Positions 1-11,994 are shown, numbered from the whole stretch's first letter. The stretch is 59,866 nucleotides of DNA, filler included, from Sphacelaria rigidula (GCA_964200075.2; 10 parts of 10 records of this genome joined end to end with filler, not necessarily neighbours in it), one strand, 5' to 3'. A program made the numbers and translations. Notes: generated from the letters alone by a model not told the origin.

Positions 1-653
1 AAAAGGAGGGTTAGCTGCTCTATTTCATTTCTATGTCCGGGCTGTGTTATAATAGGTTGAAGAAAAAGGAGGGTTAGCTTCTCTATGTCATGGAGCACGT
101 ACGGACAGCGCGCACAGTGCACGGTGCAGCTACAGTGTCAGACAGCCGTTACAGCTGTGCAATGGTTCCCATAAAACACGCGGTTGCAGGTATGTGCACA
201 TAACCCAGATGCTCCTACCAGTTCATCAACATTCTTTTGAGGTGATGTAAGCCATGATCTGTCTGGCGTTCCATTGCCAGCTCGTTTCTTCAGATTGGTA
301 CCCTACGACACACACGAATGTTGAAGCTCTCCCAGTGACCGAACATGATTTCATCGGCTCAAATAATCTCCCGGCGGTTGGGTTCGAATTTGATGGCTTG
401 CATATGAATATTCCAAATAGATGTCCATATCTCAGACGGATGTGATCCGCCGAAGGCGTCACCACGACATACACGCAGGTTTGGATTCCGCTCCCATACA
501 AGGCTACCCAGCGTGTAGACACTAGTTTCGTTCTTGCGCCTCCGGAAACTCTTCGTCCTTGGCGCAGACGCCGGGGCCGCTCATTGCATTGAGCGTGTCC
601 CCCCCCCCCTCCCTGTGCTGTTCCTCCCTCTCTCCAACCTACAACGAAAACAG

Positions 654-1154
654 GAAGGAGACGATGACATGTTTAGCTCAGATCTTTCCGTCGACGAGCG
701 CTGGTCCCGCCTGGGGCATATGGCCTCCGTTCCGACGCTGGCGTGCCTATCCGGAGCTGACGAGTACGTACCCCGCGGCAATAAGGAGGCGGCACCACCA
801 GCCAACACTGCTCCACGGATGGATTCAGAAACCAAAACCATCACCGCGGAGGGGTCGTTGCTGGGTAAAGAGGAGGCGAGAATGAAGAGTGACAATGGTG
901 ACACGGAGGGGGCCGGGGGTTGGGATCCCAGATCTCCAGAAGCCTTGTCTGCGAACCTTAGACGGGTGCTGATTCAAGAATCTGCGGATTCTTCACCTGA
1001 GATCGGTATCGCCGGTGGGAAGGGTGCTGAGAGAACTGTTAGTAAGGTGTGCGTGTTGGAAGGGGCCGACCATGGTCTTGGGAATGAGGCACATGCGTTG
1101 GAGTTCGTTGCTGAGGTCGAGGCGTTTGTATCGAGGTTGGGTCTTGGTATTTAG
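654..1154 (+). CDS. Terminal exon of a DUF1749/UPF0613-type alpha/beta-hydrolase
   Basis: Pyrimidine tract and CAG acceptor at 651-653; encodes GDDDMFSSDL...PTLACLSGADEYVP...VLEGADHGL (catalytic Asp and His regions typical of DUF1749); stop TAG 1152-1154. Confidence 0.8.
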   Translation, partial: EGDDDMFSSDLSVDERWSRLGHMASVPTLACLSGADEYVPRGNKEAAPPANTAPRMDSETKTITAEGSLLGKEEARMKSDNGDTEGAGGWDPRSPEALSANLRRVLIQESADSSPEIGIAGGKGAERTVSKVCVLEGADHGLGNEAHALEFVAEVEAFVSRLGLGI

Positions 1155-1921
1155 ACACGAGAAGCAGGAAGAGGGTAACTGAAGGAAAATAAATGAAAAA
1201 ATACCAGAGTATCAACCGGTGCCAGTGATGCGGGGGCGGGAGTACCGAAGTGGGACTGAGGATTGTATTGATGTGCAGGAGATGAGGGACGTGAATATGA
1301 ACAAGTTTGTGGCGGAGGTGGAGGCCGTTGTGTCGCGGGATCTTTGCGGTGCAGATGTATGCATCCGTCTATACAGACGGTATCGCGCTCATGAGCCATT
1401 TTCAGAGCAGCGATCACGTTGGTATCAATGATGGGTCGTTTTCGGTCCAGGTCAACAGCACAGGTTACTGCATCAGACATCCTGCTTGAAACTTGAATCC
1501 TTCACGGCATGTTACTATACGGTATATCTTCCATATCTGAAAGGATAAGCAAATGCCCCTACTGAAAACGACCGCCCGGGCGGACATCGTTATATCTCCC
1601 GAGGGCTCGTACTGCTACCGCCGAATCAAGGTTACCACCGCACACACCTCCGTGTTCAGTTTCCCTCCGCTCTCGTAATACATTAATTCACACGCAACGG
1701 AAGCCGTAATAGACGCTCCGTCGTCTCTAAGCCTATACTGCAATATTGTGACGCTTCTTACCTCAGGACTGCCACCAGTTTAGCATGAACAAAAAAAACG
1801 CACGGAGCCACCACTACATGTGAAGAACATTCTCGCAAATACGGGCGTTGCATCATCCACTTGGTGGTCACTGCTTCTGGACAGAACACAAACTGATCAC
1901 AAGACAGAGGAAACAACTAAA

Positions 1922-2223
1922 AACAACGTTTTCGTGAGATTGAGAGTAGAGCGCTGACTGAGAATGGCTTTCATCATTCGCTTAAACTTAGCCATTATTT
2001 CATTCCGTGTATGCTTTTTTTGCGTCCATTACTGGCGTGTGCTTACTACAGCTACACGTCGATATCCTACTCAGGGATATCAAGGGTCTCAGTGGCAAGC
2101 TACTAAAGAAAGCATACTGAGCCTCGTGGTGGGACATTTCGGAACTGAAACGATTCATTTACTATTTGACCGCTTTTCACTCTCAATCGTATCCTCTACT
2201 CTCAATCTCACGAGAACATTGTT
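1922..2223. mobile_element. MITE with ~30-bp TIRs (AACAACGTTTTCGTGAGATTGAGAGTAGAG) and TAAA TSD
   Basis: TIRs match with 2 mismatches; TAAA at 1918-1921 and 2224-2227; a second copy lies at 46583-46868. Confidence 0.88.
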
Positions 2224-2520
2224 TAAAACAATCAACGGTGCGCGAACGGGTAAATCACTCGATGCTGTAGACGCTAACACACAGGTTTGTTGAACCACCG
2301 ATTTACGAATCATCGAGCACTTAGTATCACACATAGCACCGAGCGCATCCGGCATACACTTCACGCTAAGCTACGCAACGTAACCCACAAGACAAACTAT
2401 GACAAGGGGTATTGAGAGCGCATCTAGACGTTTCCCCCGAACCCTCCGAATATTTCGGGAAAAAAAAAAATGTTTCCGACATTCCACAGTTCTTGACCAG
2501 GTAAGACGATATATCAATTC

Positions 2521-2676
2521 AAGGCTACTACAGGTACCCCTAGAAATCTGGCCTCATTTTCTTTCATTATTTTTTCTTTTTGAAGGAGGCGGGGAAAAAA
2601 ATCCGAAGGCTGACTACAGGTACCCCTAGAAATCTGGCCTCATTTTTGTTTTGGAAGAGGCGGGGAAAAAAATCCG
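2521..2676. repeat. Imperfect tandem duplication (~85 + 71 bp)
   Basis: ACTACAGGTACCCCTAGAAATCTGGCCTCATTTT...GAGGCGGGGAAAAAAATCCG occurs twice in tandem. Confidence 0.9.
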
Positions 2677-3329
2677 TTTTTTCGGAGAAAGCAGAAACAA
2701 AAAAAACGAAAAATTGCCTGCGCTAATAAGACCCCTGAACTTGTCTACTTCAGCGGATGCAAAACACAACAAGAAAATAAGAAACATACATCCCCTCTCA
2801 GCCAGTCAAGGAACAAAAAAACACAAGCTCTTATCGGCCAAAAATTCAAGCACACAAGCACGCAGACTGCCCGATGTCCAGCAAAGGATACAATACAAAA
2901 TCACCACGCGTAATATGTCAACTAGGCTGTATCAAACACACGGGAGCCTCTCGTGCCATGGCTGCCCCGGAGCACATAGCGCTGCCGCAACTTTACGCAG
3001 AAGGACGCATTGATACGTTTAATCCCAGCCCAAGCGGCCCTCAACACCTACCGTATCAGGGAAACAAAACAGAAAAAAAGTATACGTTACTGCGTCACTC
3101 TCCAGCTGGATCCCCGTGCGCGCACATCATACACCGTATCGTTGCTGCCTACTGTGGGTGAATGCAATAATCGTCAACGCCCAAGGAACTAAGTTCCAGT
3201 TTACGTCAGCATGGGAAACGCAAAAGCACTCCCACGACGGGACCATGTAGAGGGGACCTTGCTTCACACCATCTCGTTCCGTTTCATCTTCGGCAGAAAA
3301 GCACCGCGTCTGCTGGAGAATGACTAGTA

Positions 3330-3383
3330 TCAGTAGTAGTTATTGATGATGACTTGCTGACTGGTGCTCCGGTTTTGCACCAC
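3330..3383 (-). CDS. UBR1/PRT6-like E3 ligase, last exon (VVQNRSTSQQVIINNYY*)
   Basis: TAG acceptor after a pyrimidine tract, phase 0, TGA stop; joins in frame to the upstream exon ending HLVAHE. Confidence 0.8.
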   Translation of the reverse strand: MVQNRSTSQQVIINNYY

Positions 3384-3951
3384 CTACAAGGAGTACGGAT
3401 GAGGAGGGGGGGGGGGGGGGACAAAGTGAACAAACGAGAATGGGTACAAACGGGAGGGAAAAGCGATGGATTTCATACTTGCGTGGCGGTGGCACGAAAC
3501 AACTAGTTTGCCATTTATGCTCGGAGCATATGCTCGTAGCATCGGTACTGTTCGCATAGCGTAACTTTGTGACTAGCTGCACACATGTCAACCGTTCGTT
3601 CTTGTGCAATATTTATAGTAAAGGCATCGCCAGGCCAGTAGTTTCCACAAAACAACGCAGTACTTCATCATGTACAGGGCATTATTACGCAAAGTCTTGT
3701 CTGCATGTCCACTCGTGTACGTGGTATCGAAGAACAAACAGCAGAGGTCCGCCAAAGCCCGACAGCCAGATTGGGTCATTTGTGCACTTCTTGTAAGTGA
3801 AAATGATGCCAATTCAACAGATGACCCACCCTGGCGGTGGATGAAAGGGCCGACGTAATTTTCAGGGGAAAAAAAGATTACATGGACGAGAAAAATGCGA
3901 AGGGATTTCGTCCCCCCACCTCCCAATCCTCGTTTTTTTCTTCTTTCCCAC

Positions 3952-4122
3952 CTCATGAGCAACCAAATGCTTTACCCACAACCCTCGCACGAGAGCGTAG
4001 CGCCGCTCATCTAGGAACAGCGGCCTCCCTCTGGCACTGCGGTGGCGTTCTCCGTAGGCGTCCACGTACGGAGAGGCGAAGTAGGCCGCCATTTTGCCAT
4101 GGATCAACAGGACGGTACATTC
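3952..4122 (-). CDS. UBR1/PRT6-like E3 ligase, penultimate exon (PRT6_C domain)
   Basis: CAG|GAA...GAG|GT, 57 codons: ECTVLLIHGKMAAYFASPYVDAYGERHRSARGRPLFLDERRYALVRGLWVKH; SPYxDxxGE...RGRPLxL is the UBR C-terminal motif. Confidence 0.9.
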
Positions 4123-4813
4123 CTGTGTTTGTCATCATTCAGTTTCGGATATGTACATGGCAGCGAGCGGAGAAGATAATTGGCGAGGGAAGGGAACGAG
4201 GAGGAGGGACGAGGGGCATATTTATGTTCGAAGCAGCTGCATGTGCAAGTTGCGGCACGCTCACGCAAAAGCAAATCTTCGATACCTAGATAGCGGCTGA
4301 TGAAAACAGCCATCTACGTGTAAACAAGAGTTGGCTCAAATGACTTATCTATTTGTCGAGGGCACGAACAGTGTTTTTTTCTTTTTCCCAAGGTTGTGGT
4401 GGTGGTGGCGGCCGTTCTATTGTCGATGGCGCTGTTCTGTAAATATGTAACCGTAGTTTGTGTCCGTGTGCGTCTCTGCTTTTGCACGGACACGCCTCAG
4501 CCCCCCCTCCCCAAAACCGATCCCCCAACCGGAGCATTCCGGTGAGTCAGCAAAGGTGAGGAATGAGAAGCAAACAGCGAATGGTCTTACAGACAGGCGA
4601 AACCACAACCACTACACAACAACGTCCACACGCGCTCGCAGGAGCAACGAAATGCCGACGCCATAAACATGAACCCGCCATACGCAACAGATAGATGGTC
4701 TCTCATGTGCATGAACAAAAAAAACAAAAAGCTGAAGAAGAAAACTAAGCGAGAAAAAGAAACACCTCAACATAATCTGACTGTAGCATAATCACCAGAC
4801 GTTTCACACGCAC

Positions 4814-5026
4814 CTGCAGGAGGAAGAAAATCCCAACGCCGCAGCCGCACGACTTAGCGTGCATCGTGCACTCCCCTCGCCCGTTGGCGTCCAACACCTG
4901 TCCGCACACGAGGCAAACCACGGGATGCGCCGCTCGCCCGCCCTCGCTCATGGTGTGCCCGAGATCGCTCGACGAAATTTCCGCGTGAAGCTCGGTGTAT
5001 GCATGCGGCAGTCGAACCAGTTCGAT
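4814..5026 (-). CDS. UBR1/PRT6-like E3 ligase, internal exon (PRT6_C domain)
   Basis: CAG|ATC...CAG|GT, 71 codons: IELVRLPHAYTEL...PVVCLVCGQVL...GECTMHAKSCGCGVGIFFLLQ. Confidence 0.9.
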
Positions 5027-5838
5027 CTGTAGCAGCGCGGGGGGGGCGGGCGAGCACGCACGCACGCACACGCGCGCGCGGGCAAGAAACGTGGAAGAGT
5101 AAAATAACGCACACACGAAGACTTGACGGCGTGAACGAGACAAAGGACAAATATCACCCTTTCACGGCCCACAGATGAACGACTGAACATGACAACTAAT
5201 GTTGTTCGATCATGCCCACTACACAGATCAACAAAACGAGGCGGTGGGACTTAAAACAGAGGTCGCGTACAACAACGTGTGAGGGCAGAAGCAGGACCGG
5301 GGATGGTGGGGCTTTGGAACGCACAAGCATCCGTACCAACAACCGACTGATCTGTGATCTATCATCACGCGTATTATATGAACCAAATCCCGCCCGGGTA
5401 TTCGCAACAAGGTCTCCATCCGGCGTGTCCAAAATTTTCAAACGATTTGCTCATTAACTCATCTGCGCGTTCCAATATTTTTCTTCCTTCGTGAGCGCTG
5501 TATTCATCCTGGACGCGTCTATTCATGGTGTGAGATCATCAACAAAACCATCAGTGACTCATAATCATAGAAGCCGTACCGGCTACCCTTCCCCCCCTTC
5601 CGCACCGTTGCGCCTGGTTGAGCTATACATACCTTCCTCGGTGCAGGAAAGTCAGTGAGACGGCGCTCGGCAACTTGCCGGCGGTAGACTCCCAGTTGCA
5701 CCCAAAAGTGCGGCGCGGCTACCCCATTCTTTTCAGGGAGCCGGAGACAGCTTAACCATCTGTTGGCACAAGAGGCAACCGGTGGTAACGGCCGTGGCAC
5801 CCCCGCCCGCAGGGGACGGAGGCGGGGAGGGGTGGGGG

Positions 5839-5897
5839 TGTGCTCATGATCATGGATGCCGTAGTCATAAGACCATTGATCTCGCATCCCTACAAAG
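5839..5897 (-). mobile_element. Family A retroposon 3' end (cut by the contig end)
   Basis: Matches the family A terminus and abuts a G-rich run. Confidence 0.8.
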
Positions 5898-5997
5898 NNN
5901 NNNNNNNNNNNNNNNNNNNNNNNNNNNNNNNNNNNNNNNNNTTAATTAATTAANNNNNNNNNNNNNNNNNNNNNNNNNNNNNNNNNNNNNNNNNNNN
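5898..5997. other. Artificial contig spacer N44-TTAATTAATTAA-N44
   Basis: 100-bp spacer with a six-frame-stop 12-mer at 5942-5953; identical spacers recur about every 5996-5997 bp. Confidence 0.98.
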
Positions 5998-8466
5998 GGC
6001 TTTTGTGTTTTGGGGGAAAAGGTTGGTTTTGGCTCCTTATACCTGTAGCGTTTTTGGGGGGGGGGGGGGGGTGCATCGCGGCATCACTTGCTTTCTTTTC
6101 TTTTTTTTCTGTACCGTAGGCAGCACCGTACCCAGGGAGCGTGCCTTCCTTGAGTGCGATGAGCTACCTAGCTTTTTGCTGTACGATTCACTCGCAAGGT
6201 TTTTCTCAGTCTTCGCGTACCCGGAAGTGCGTACTGTAATACCTTACTTGTACCTATTGATGAGAAGTAAAAGCGCATGTGTACACCTCGCACGGCCGTC
6301 CGCAGAACGAGGCAACCACCCCATCCTGCGCTGTACATCGTGTCTGGGGCCACAAAAGCCACAGCGCACCGAAATCCAACGATTTCTCTTGGATGCAATT
6401 GTACCTTTCCCGGGCCGTCCTCGTACTCTCCTTGATTGCAACGCGACTTAACCCACACCAGCACCGAATCGCAACCATGCGCCCCCGTAGAATCGAAACT
6501 TCACCTGCCCATTAATCGTTCGCAAGCACAACGACCAGATTCACCGTGTTTTCGAAATCCGTCTGAATACCCCTGTCCCCATATCAACTACTTGCACCTC
6601 ACAACCCTGTGCAACTTACCCCCAATGACAATGACCCGGACGATCATTTTCTCCTGTCTGTCTCGAGTGGGTGCGGTACCCTGTCTCGGGTAGACCTTCT
6701 CTTGTGTGAGCCTTTCGAAGTTCTATATTTTTTTCAAAGAAGGTCAACACCGTTTTTTTGCCTACCGCGATTTTGAACGGAGAAAAGAAAAAGAAAACAC
6801 ACACTCGTACGGCATAAAATTGGAGTTTCACATGCATGAAGTTTGCGTGACCCAGGAGTTGTGCACCTGCACGACAGTACCCAATGAAAAATAATGACTG
6901 CAGAGCCATCACGTGAATTTTCAAACTTCGTACAGGCAGCACTTTGTTCTCACCCCCAATTCTGTACAGACCGGAACCAGTTTAGTTAGCCGCTTGGCAG
7001 GACGCTATATGGTTGATTTTCAGATCGACTTGATTTTAGTGTGGATAGAGAAATCCGTATCTTTAATGGGCCTATGTTCCAAGCGTGCTCCTCGCGTGTG
7101 CACAACGCGTTTTTGTCGAAATCGGCGCCTTGGACGCCGGGTTGAGGTCTGACAACGTACACTCTGCGTAGGAAGCACTTTGCACCCCCTTGCCCGAGGG
7201 TTCTCGGTGTGCCTTTGTACTGCCGCGCCCTATTTGTTGTGCGGGCGACATAACAGCCAATACACCGTGATCGTGTTTCCAACAACGTGTAGAGAGCAGA
7301 GAGCACCGTGTGCCGACTACAACTTCATGTACCGTCCGGAATACAAGAACAGTACAGTAGTTGATGCAAAATCCCCGGCGCAGGTCAAACCGTCTTCGCA
7401 AGTTTCAAACGCACCCTCCCTCAGTGTCAGCTGCGGCATGGGAATGATGGGTCTGGGCACGGAAGCGAGGCTCGTTCGTTGTGAAAGACACACTACTGTA
7501 TCCATTACAACAAGAACATGATGGTGTTTTCACCAGTGACCAGGCAGCATCGCGTGCCGACCACGATTACTTTATACAGAGCGGAACACAACAACGATAC
7601 AGCAGCCGGGGCAATCCCAACCGAGGCCAAACTAACTGACTCCGTAAGGTCTGACCTCGCCACAGGACAGAGACAGCTACAGCACATGAGAGCGGGCCGT
7701 GAGTGTGTTTAAACTGCAGGAAAGCGAAACATAACATTTCCTATTTTTCTAGTTCCTTGTCTGAATTGAAACGGGTCCTCAAATTTGGCCAGGTGTTCAA
7801 AATCATCACCCAATTATGAACGCTTCGCCAAGATCGAGAGCCCGTTCAAAATTTTGCAGCGGCACTTATGTATCAAATCGTCACGAATTTGTTCCATGAT
7901 GGTGTATTTTTCACCAGCGGTTCAGATTCTCCGAACGTGAGAGTTTAAACGGCTCCCACAACAAGATTTGGTCTTGATTCCTTTTTTTTTTTTTTTCTTG
8001 ATTCGTAACAAGATTTGGTCTTGATTCTGATTACGAGCGAAATCCTTCATAACTCATGTTCCTAATTTTTCATGACAAAAGTACCTCCAAATCATTCCAA
8101 GTTCGCATCGAACTATTTCGTGATATTATTGCAAAACATTAAGACCACATAATTCGAAGTATATATAGATTGAAGAAGGTGAGGATGAGGTCAGGTCTTC
8201 ATAGCAATAGAAACACAGCTTGTTGTCCAACGGCTTGGCTGTTGCAAGTGGTGATGTTTTTTTTTGCTTCTCCAGGTTTTTCTCTTTTTGTCAACACTTA
8301 CCAGGTGCTGTACCTCTCCTTGGAGAAAGGAAAAGGCGTCCTCGTTGTCATCATCGGTTGGTGTCTCATTGTTACCATTCATTGGTGTCAGTCAGCCGAG
8401 AACCAATATTTGTCAAGTCCGGCGCACACCAACGCACGACCTCGTCCGCTCCAAACGTTTGATCAG

Positions 8467-8620
8467 CATGAACCTCGACGAGACGGGCTTGGCCGGCAAG
8501 GGGGAGAGCGGCATGGGTAGAGCCAAGGGTAAAGCCGCCTTCGACACCTTCACACACCGGAAGACTGTGGGCATACAATCCGCCAACTTCGATCCCCTCA
8601 TCAAGTACCCTCCCTATCAG
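8467..8620 (+). CDS. Aldehyde dehydrogenase (ALDH3/fatty-aldehyde type), penultimate exon
   Basis: CAG acceptor and CAG|GT donor; GKGESGMGRAKGKAAFDTFTHRKTV...DPLIKYPPY matches the ALDH3 C-terminal GxSGMGxYHGKxSFDTFxHxKxV...RYPPY pattern. Confidence 0.8.
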
Positions 8621-8719
8621 GTCCGTGCATTGGGGGAGGTGTGTGTGTGTGTGTGTGTGTGTGTTTATGGTGAGTTTTCAACATGTATCAAAGTGAGACG
8701 GACGAGCAGAGGGGGGAGG

Positions 8720-9195
8720 TATGTCGTATCATATGATCATATGACCTCGCATCCCTACAAAGCCGGGACGGAGCGCGCAGGGTTTTCGCCAGACCAGACT
8801 CGCAATCACCGAGCGCGAAGCGCCGTGATCTGTTCGGCGAGCTGCATGGAGGGTGAACTGCATCCTGCCAAGATTGATCGGCCCAAAGCGCACAATATTC
8901 TCGCATCTGGATGACAGACTACGATGATTTGCTTCATTTTCTGGTGTCGCCACTTCCAGACACAGTCACGGGTTACACGCGGTCTCGTGGGTATTTCACC
9001 ATTTGAACACTACGTAAATCGATCATCACCATGGCGCGGAATCGAGATTTTCCACTTCGCACAATATGATGTAGCTCGACTACCGTCATGGCTACCGCAA
9101 CAAAAAGAAGGCAAGCGAGTAAAAAACGGTGACCTGGTTGCCTAGCTTACGTAATTGGCGGAGTGTTCTACAGCATCATTGCCAACCGACGGTAA
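8720..9195 (-). mobile_element. Family A non-autonomous retroposon, in the ALDH intron
   Basis: Colinear with copies at 11511, 23989, 32200, 52148 and 58672; G-run at its 3' side. Confidence 0.85.
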
Positions 9196-10286
9196 CCCTC
9201 AAAAAGGTAGGACGGGGGAGGTGGGTGGAGGGGCGATAACTGGGATAATGGATTCGTTGAATTGGAGTGTATTGATAAACCCTCGCAACGGGACTACTCT
9301 GCTACAAGTGCAAGTGCAATCGCAATATAGATGTACCGGAGGGTGGGTGAAAGGAAATCCTTTGCTCGAGAGAACTGGAGTGAAACGGGGACATAGGAGG
9401 GAAAGAACAGAAGAATAATTAGCTAAAGCATTGACAAAGACAAAAGAGGTGTAAGAAGAGATGTAAGAAAGGGGAAGAGAGATGTGCAGAGTGCATACCA
9501 TTCCAGCAATAACATGAACGTATGCCTGTGAAACAATGAGTGTGAATATCTCCTGTAAAATGATTTTTTGGATAACAAGAGGTGCGGAGAAGTTGTATGG
9601 TCCTGCCCGCTTGAAGTTATAGGCCGTAGCCAACGAATATACTATCCTCCGTCGACCGCGGAGTGTAAGCAGAGCGATTGAATAAGCGGCGTAAAGATTA
9701 AAATGCCAAAAAGTGACCAATTAAATACGGTCTCACATGCATGTAACGATTTACGCTCTTCTATTATTTGTACGATATTTCTAACGTGTGGACTGCGATT
9801 TATGATGAGTAGTTCATGCGTGATGTGTCGTTGCTTACACCTCCTGTGTAGGTTGATTTACTTCCGTTACCCCCCCCTTCTTTTCCTAGTTGGTTCTTTT
9901 TCTTTTTTCTGTTTTTCCTTTTATTTTCTTNNNNNNNNNNGATGAGTGGGTACTGTGTGGTTTGTCTTGTTCCCCCCCCCCCTGGTCGGTTGCCGCCCCC
10001 CCCCCCCCCCCCCCTTTTTTTCTAGTTGCGAGTTTGAGCTGTCTCGGACATCCAGGCTTCAAGTGTATGATTGATTTTGTTCGTCTGTTTGTTTGTGTTC
10101 CTATTCACATGTGTGCGTGAAATTCGCTGATGGACAGCCGAGTAGTCAAGATTGTGATGATTTTTTTGTTGTTGCTGTTCTTGCTGTTCTTTTCCTCCGT
10201 CGTTCGCGCCTTGAACGTTATTTTTGACAAATTGGCTGTCCTGTCGTGTGCGTGGACGGGCCTGCCTCGCTGACTCGGACGTGAAG

Positions 10287-10442
10287 GCGTCGAATGAGAA
10301 GTTCATCAAGTTCGTTGTCATCGGTGCCATCCCTCAGTGGGCCAAGTTGGCGTTTTGGGGATCGGCGGGAGCTCTCATGTGCGTGGCGGCAAGCTTCGTG
10401 GCCCGTCACGTCTCCGTCGACTTCAAAATTTCACTTCACTAG
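10287..10442 (+). CDS. Probable ALDH last exon with a C-terminal transmembrane anchor
   Basis: CTGAC branch-like site and AAG acceptor, phase 0 matching the previous donor; ASNEKFIKFVVIGAIPQWAKLAFWGSAGALMCVAASFVARHVSVDFKISLH*. Confidence 0.65.
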   Translation, partial: ASNEKFIKFVVIGAIPQWAKLAFWGSAGALMCVAASFVARHVSVDFKISLH

Positions 10443-10459
10443 AGGAGACGGAATCGAAA

Positions 10460-11210
10460 TCCATATGTTGCCGTGTACGCGGAGCCGTGGGTTTTTTCTA
10501 AAAGACGGGGTTTCTTCTTTTTTTCTCGTCCTTGACGTTTCCAGTACCAAAGGTATAACGAACGAGTCATGCCGCGATAGCCCCCGCCCAAACCAGCCTG
10601 AAAACTGTCACGAAGGAAATGACCACACAGCGCATGATAGCTGGTCTCAGACTGCGCGAAGTGCTTCATATGGGCGACATTGGCGAAGACGATACCAAGC
10701 ATGAGAATTACCAGCTTCTCGGTGCGCTCGGATTTTGTCATTTTGATTAAGAATTTTGCCTTTTCAAACCAGTCACTTCAATCACGGCATCACTCACACG
10801 CCTGTTCGAAAAAGAGAGTACCCATCGGTTGACGTTAAAATATGTTTTTGTTATTTCTCCGAAATGGAATGCGTAAATGAGCTGTCGTTTGCAATAGGCG
10901 TTCAGTGAAGAGCCAACATGTTTCCCAATGGTGAGCTTGAGGTTCTCGGCGTACTGTGTGCACACTGCCCCGACCCGATGTTTGAGCGGGTACGCCATCG
11001 CCGCTGCACCTCGACGCTCCAACTGGTATATCTTGAAACCGGTCAGGACGAAGTTGGGGATCCGAATCCCAGCAAGTCAAGGGCTCTCTCTGGGGAGTAT
11101 CTGGTTCCTGTCATGAGGATTTGAGGACGTGGAAAAATTTGACAAGAGTCGACGCGGAGCGGAAGTGTTTGATCATGGTCCGATTCGAGATACAAAAGTT
11201 GTCAGGCATG
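10460..11210 (-). pseudogene. Decayed intronless coding relic of a repeated element, possibly a Fanzor1-like N-terminal half
   Basis: GC3-rich frames broken by frameshifts; clearly homologous to 24700-24950 on another contig; family assignment tentative. Confidence 0.45.
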
Positions 11211-11510
11211 TACCGGGGGGAAGATGAGTTTATTCCTTGAGGCCATGAATTTGTCCTGAGGAAGAGGAGGGGCTTGGAGTATGATGGCATCGGCCACTGT
11301 GGGCCGAGTGTTGTGTCCGAATCTCTACAGTGATGATGTGTTTTTCTGGTTCCGGTTGGTGATAGCGTGATATGGCCATGAGCGAACAATAACGTTGGGC
11401 GAAAGTCGACCGGCGGAGGTAGTGCCGATCTTGTATTGATGAAGGGACGGGTCGATCCCTGGAGGCTATGGACTCGTCCCGAGTTGTGGCGGGATGCATA
11501 ATTGGGGGGG

Positions 11511-11894
11511 GATGTACTCATAACCTTGCATTCCGTAGTCATAAGACTATTGACCTCGCACTCCTACAAAGCCGGACGGAGCACGCCGGGTTTTCGCCTA
11601 ACCAGGCTAGCGCTCAATCACCAAGCGCGAAGCGCCGTGATGTGTTCCTCGAGTCGAATGAAGGGTGCGCTGCATTTGCTAAGATTGTTGGGCCCAAAGC
11701 GTACCATAATCTCGCATCTGGATGACAGCCTCGAATGAATTGCCTCATTCTGCGGCATTTCCGCTTCAAGAGAGTCACGGGTTATACTGTCTCATGGGTG
11801 TCTCGCCATACGTATACTTGGTGTACTCATGATCATGCATGCCATAGTCATCAGACCATTGACCTCGCATCCCTACAAAGCCGGGACGGAGCAC
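11511..11894 (-). mobile_element. Two tandem family A fragments (11511-~11805 and ~11820-11894)
   Basis: The TGTACTCAT(A/G)A...GACCTCGCA...CTACAAAGCCGG start occurs twice; G8 run at 11503-11510. Confidence 0.85.
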
Positions 11895-11994
11895 NNNNNN
11901 NNNNNNNNNNNNNNNNNNNNNNNNNNNNNNNNNNNNNNTTAATTAATTAANNNNNNNNNNNNNNNNNNNNNNNNNNNNNNNNNNNNNNNNNNNN
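11895..11994. other. Artificial contig spacer
   Basis: N44-TTAATTAATTAA-N44. Confidence 0.98.
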
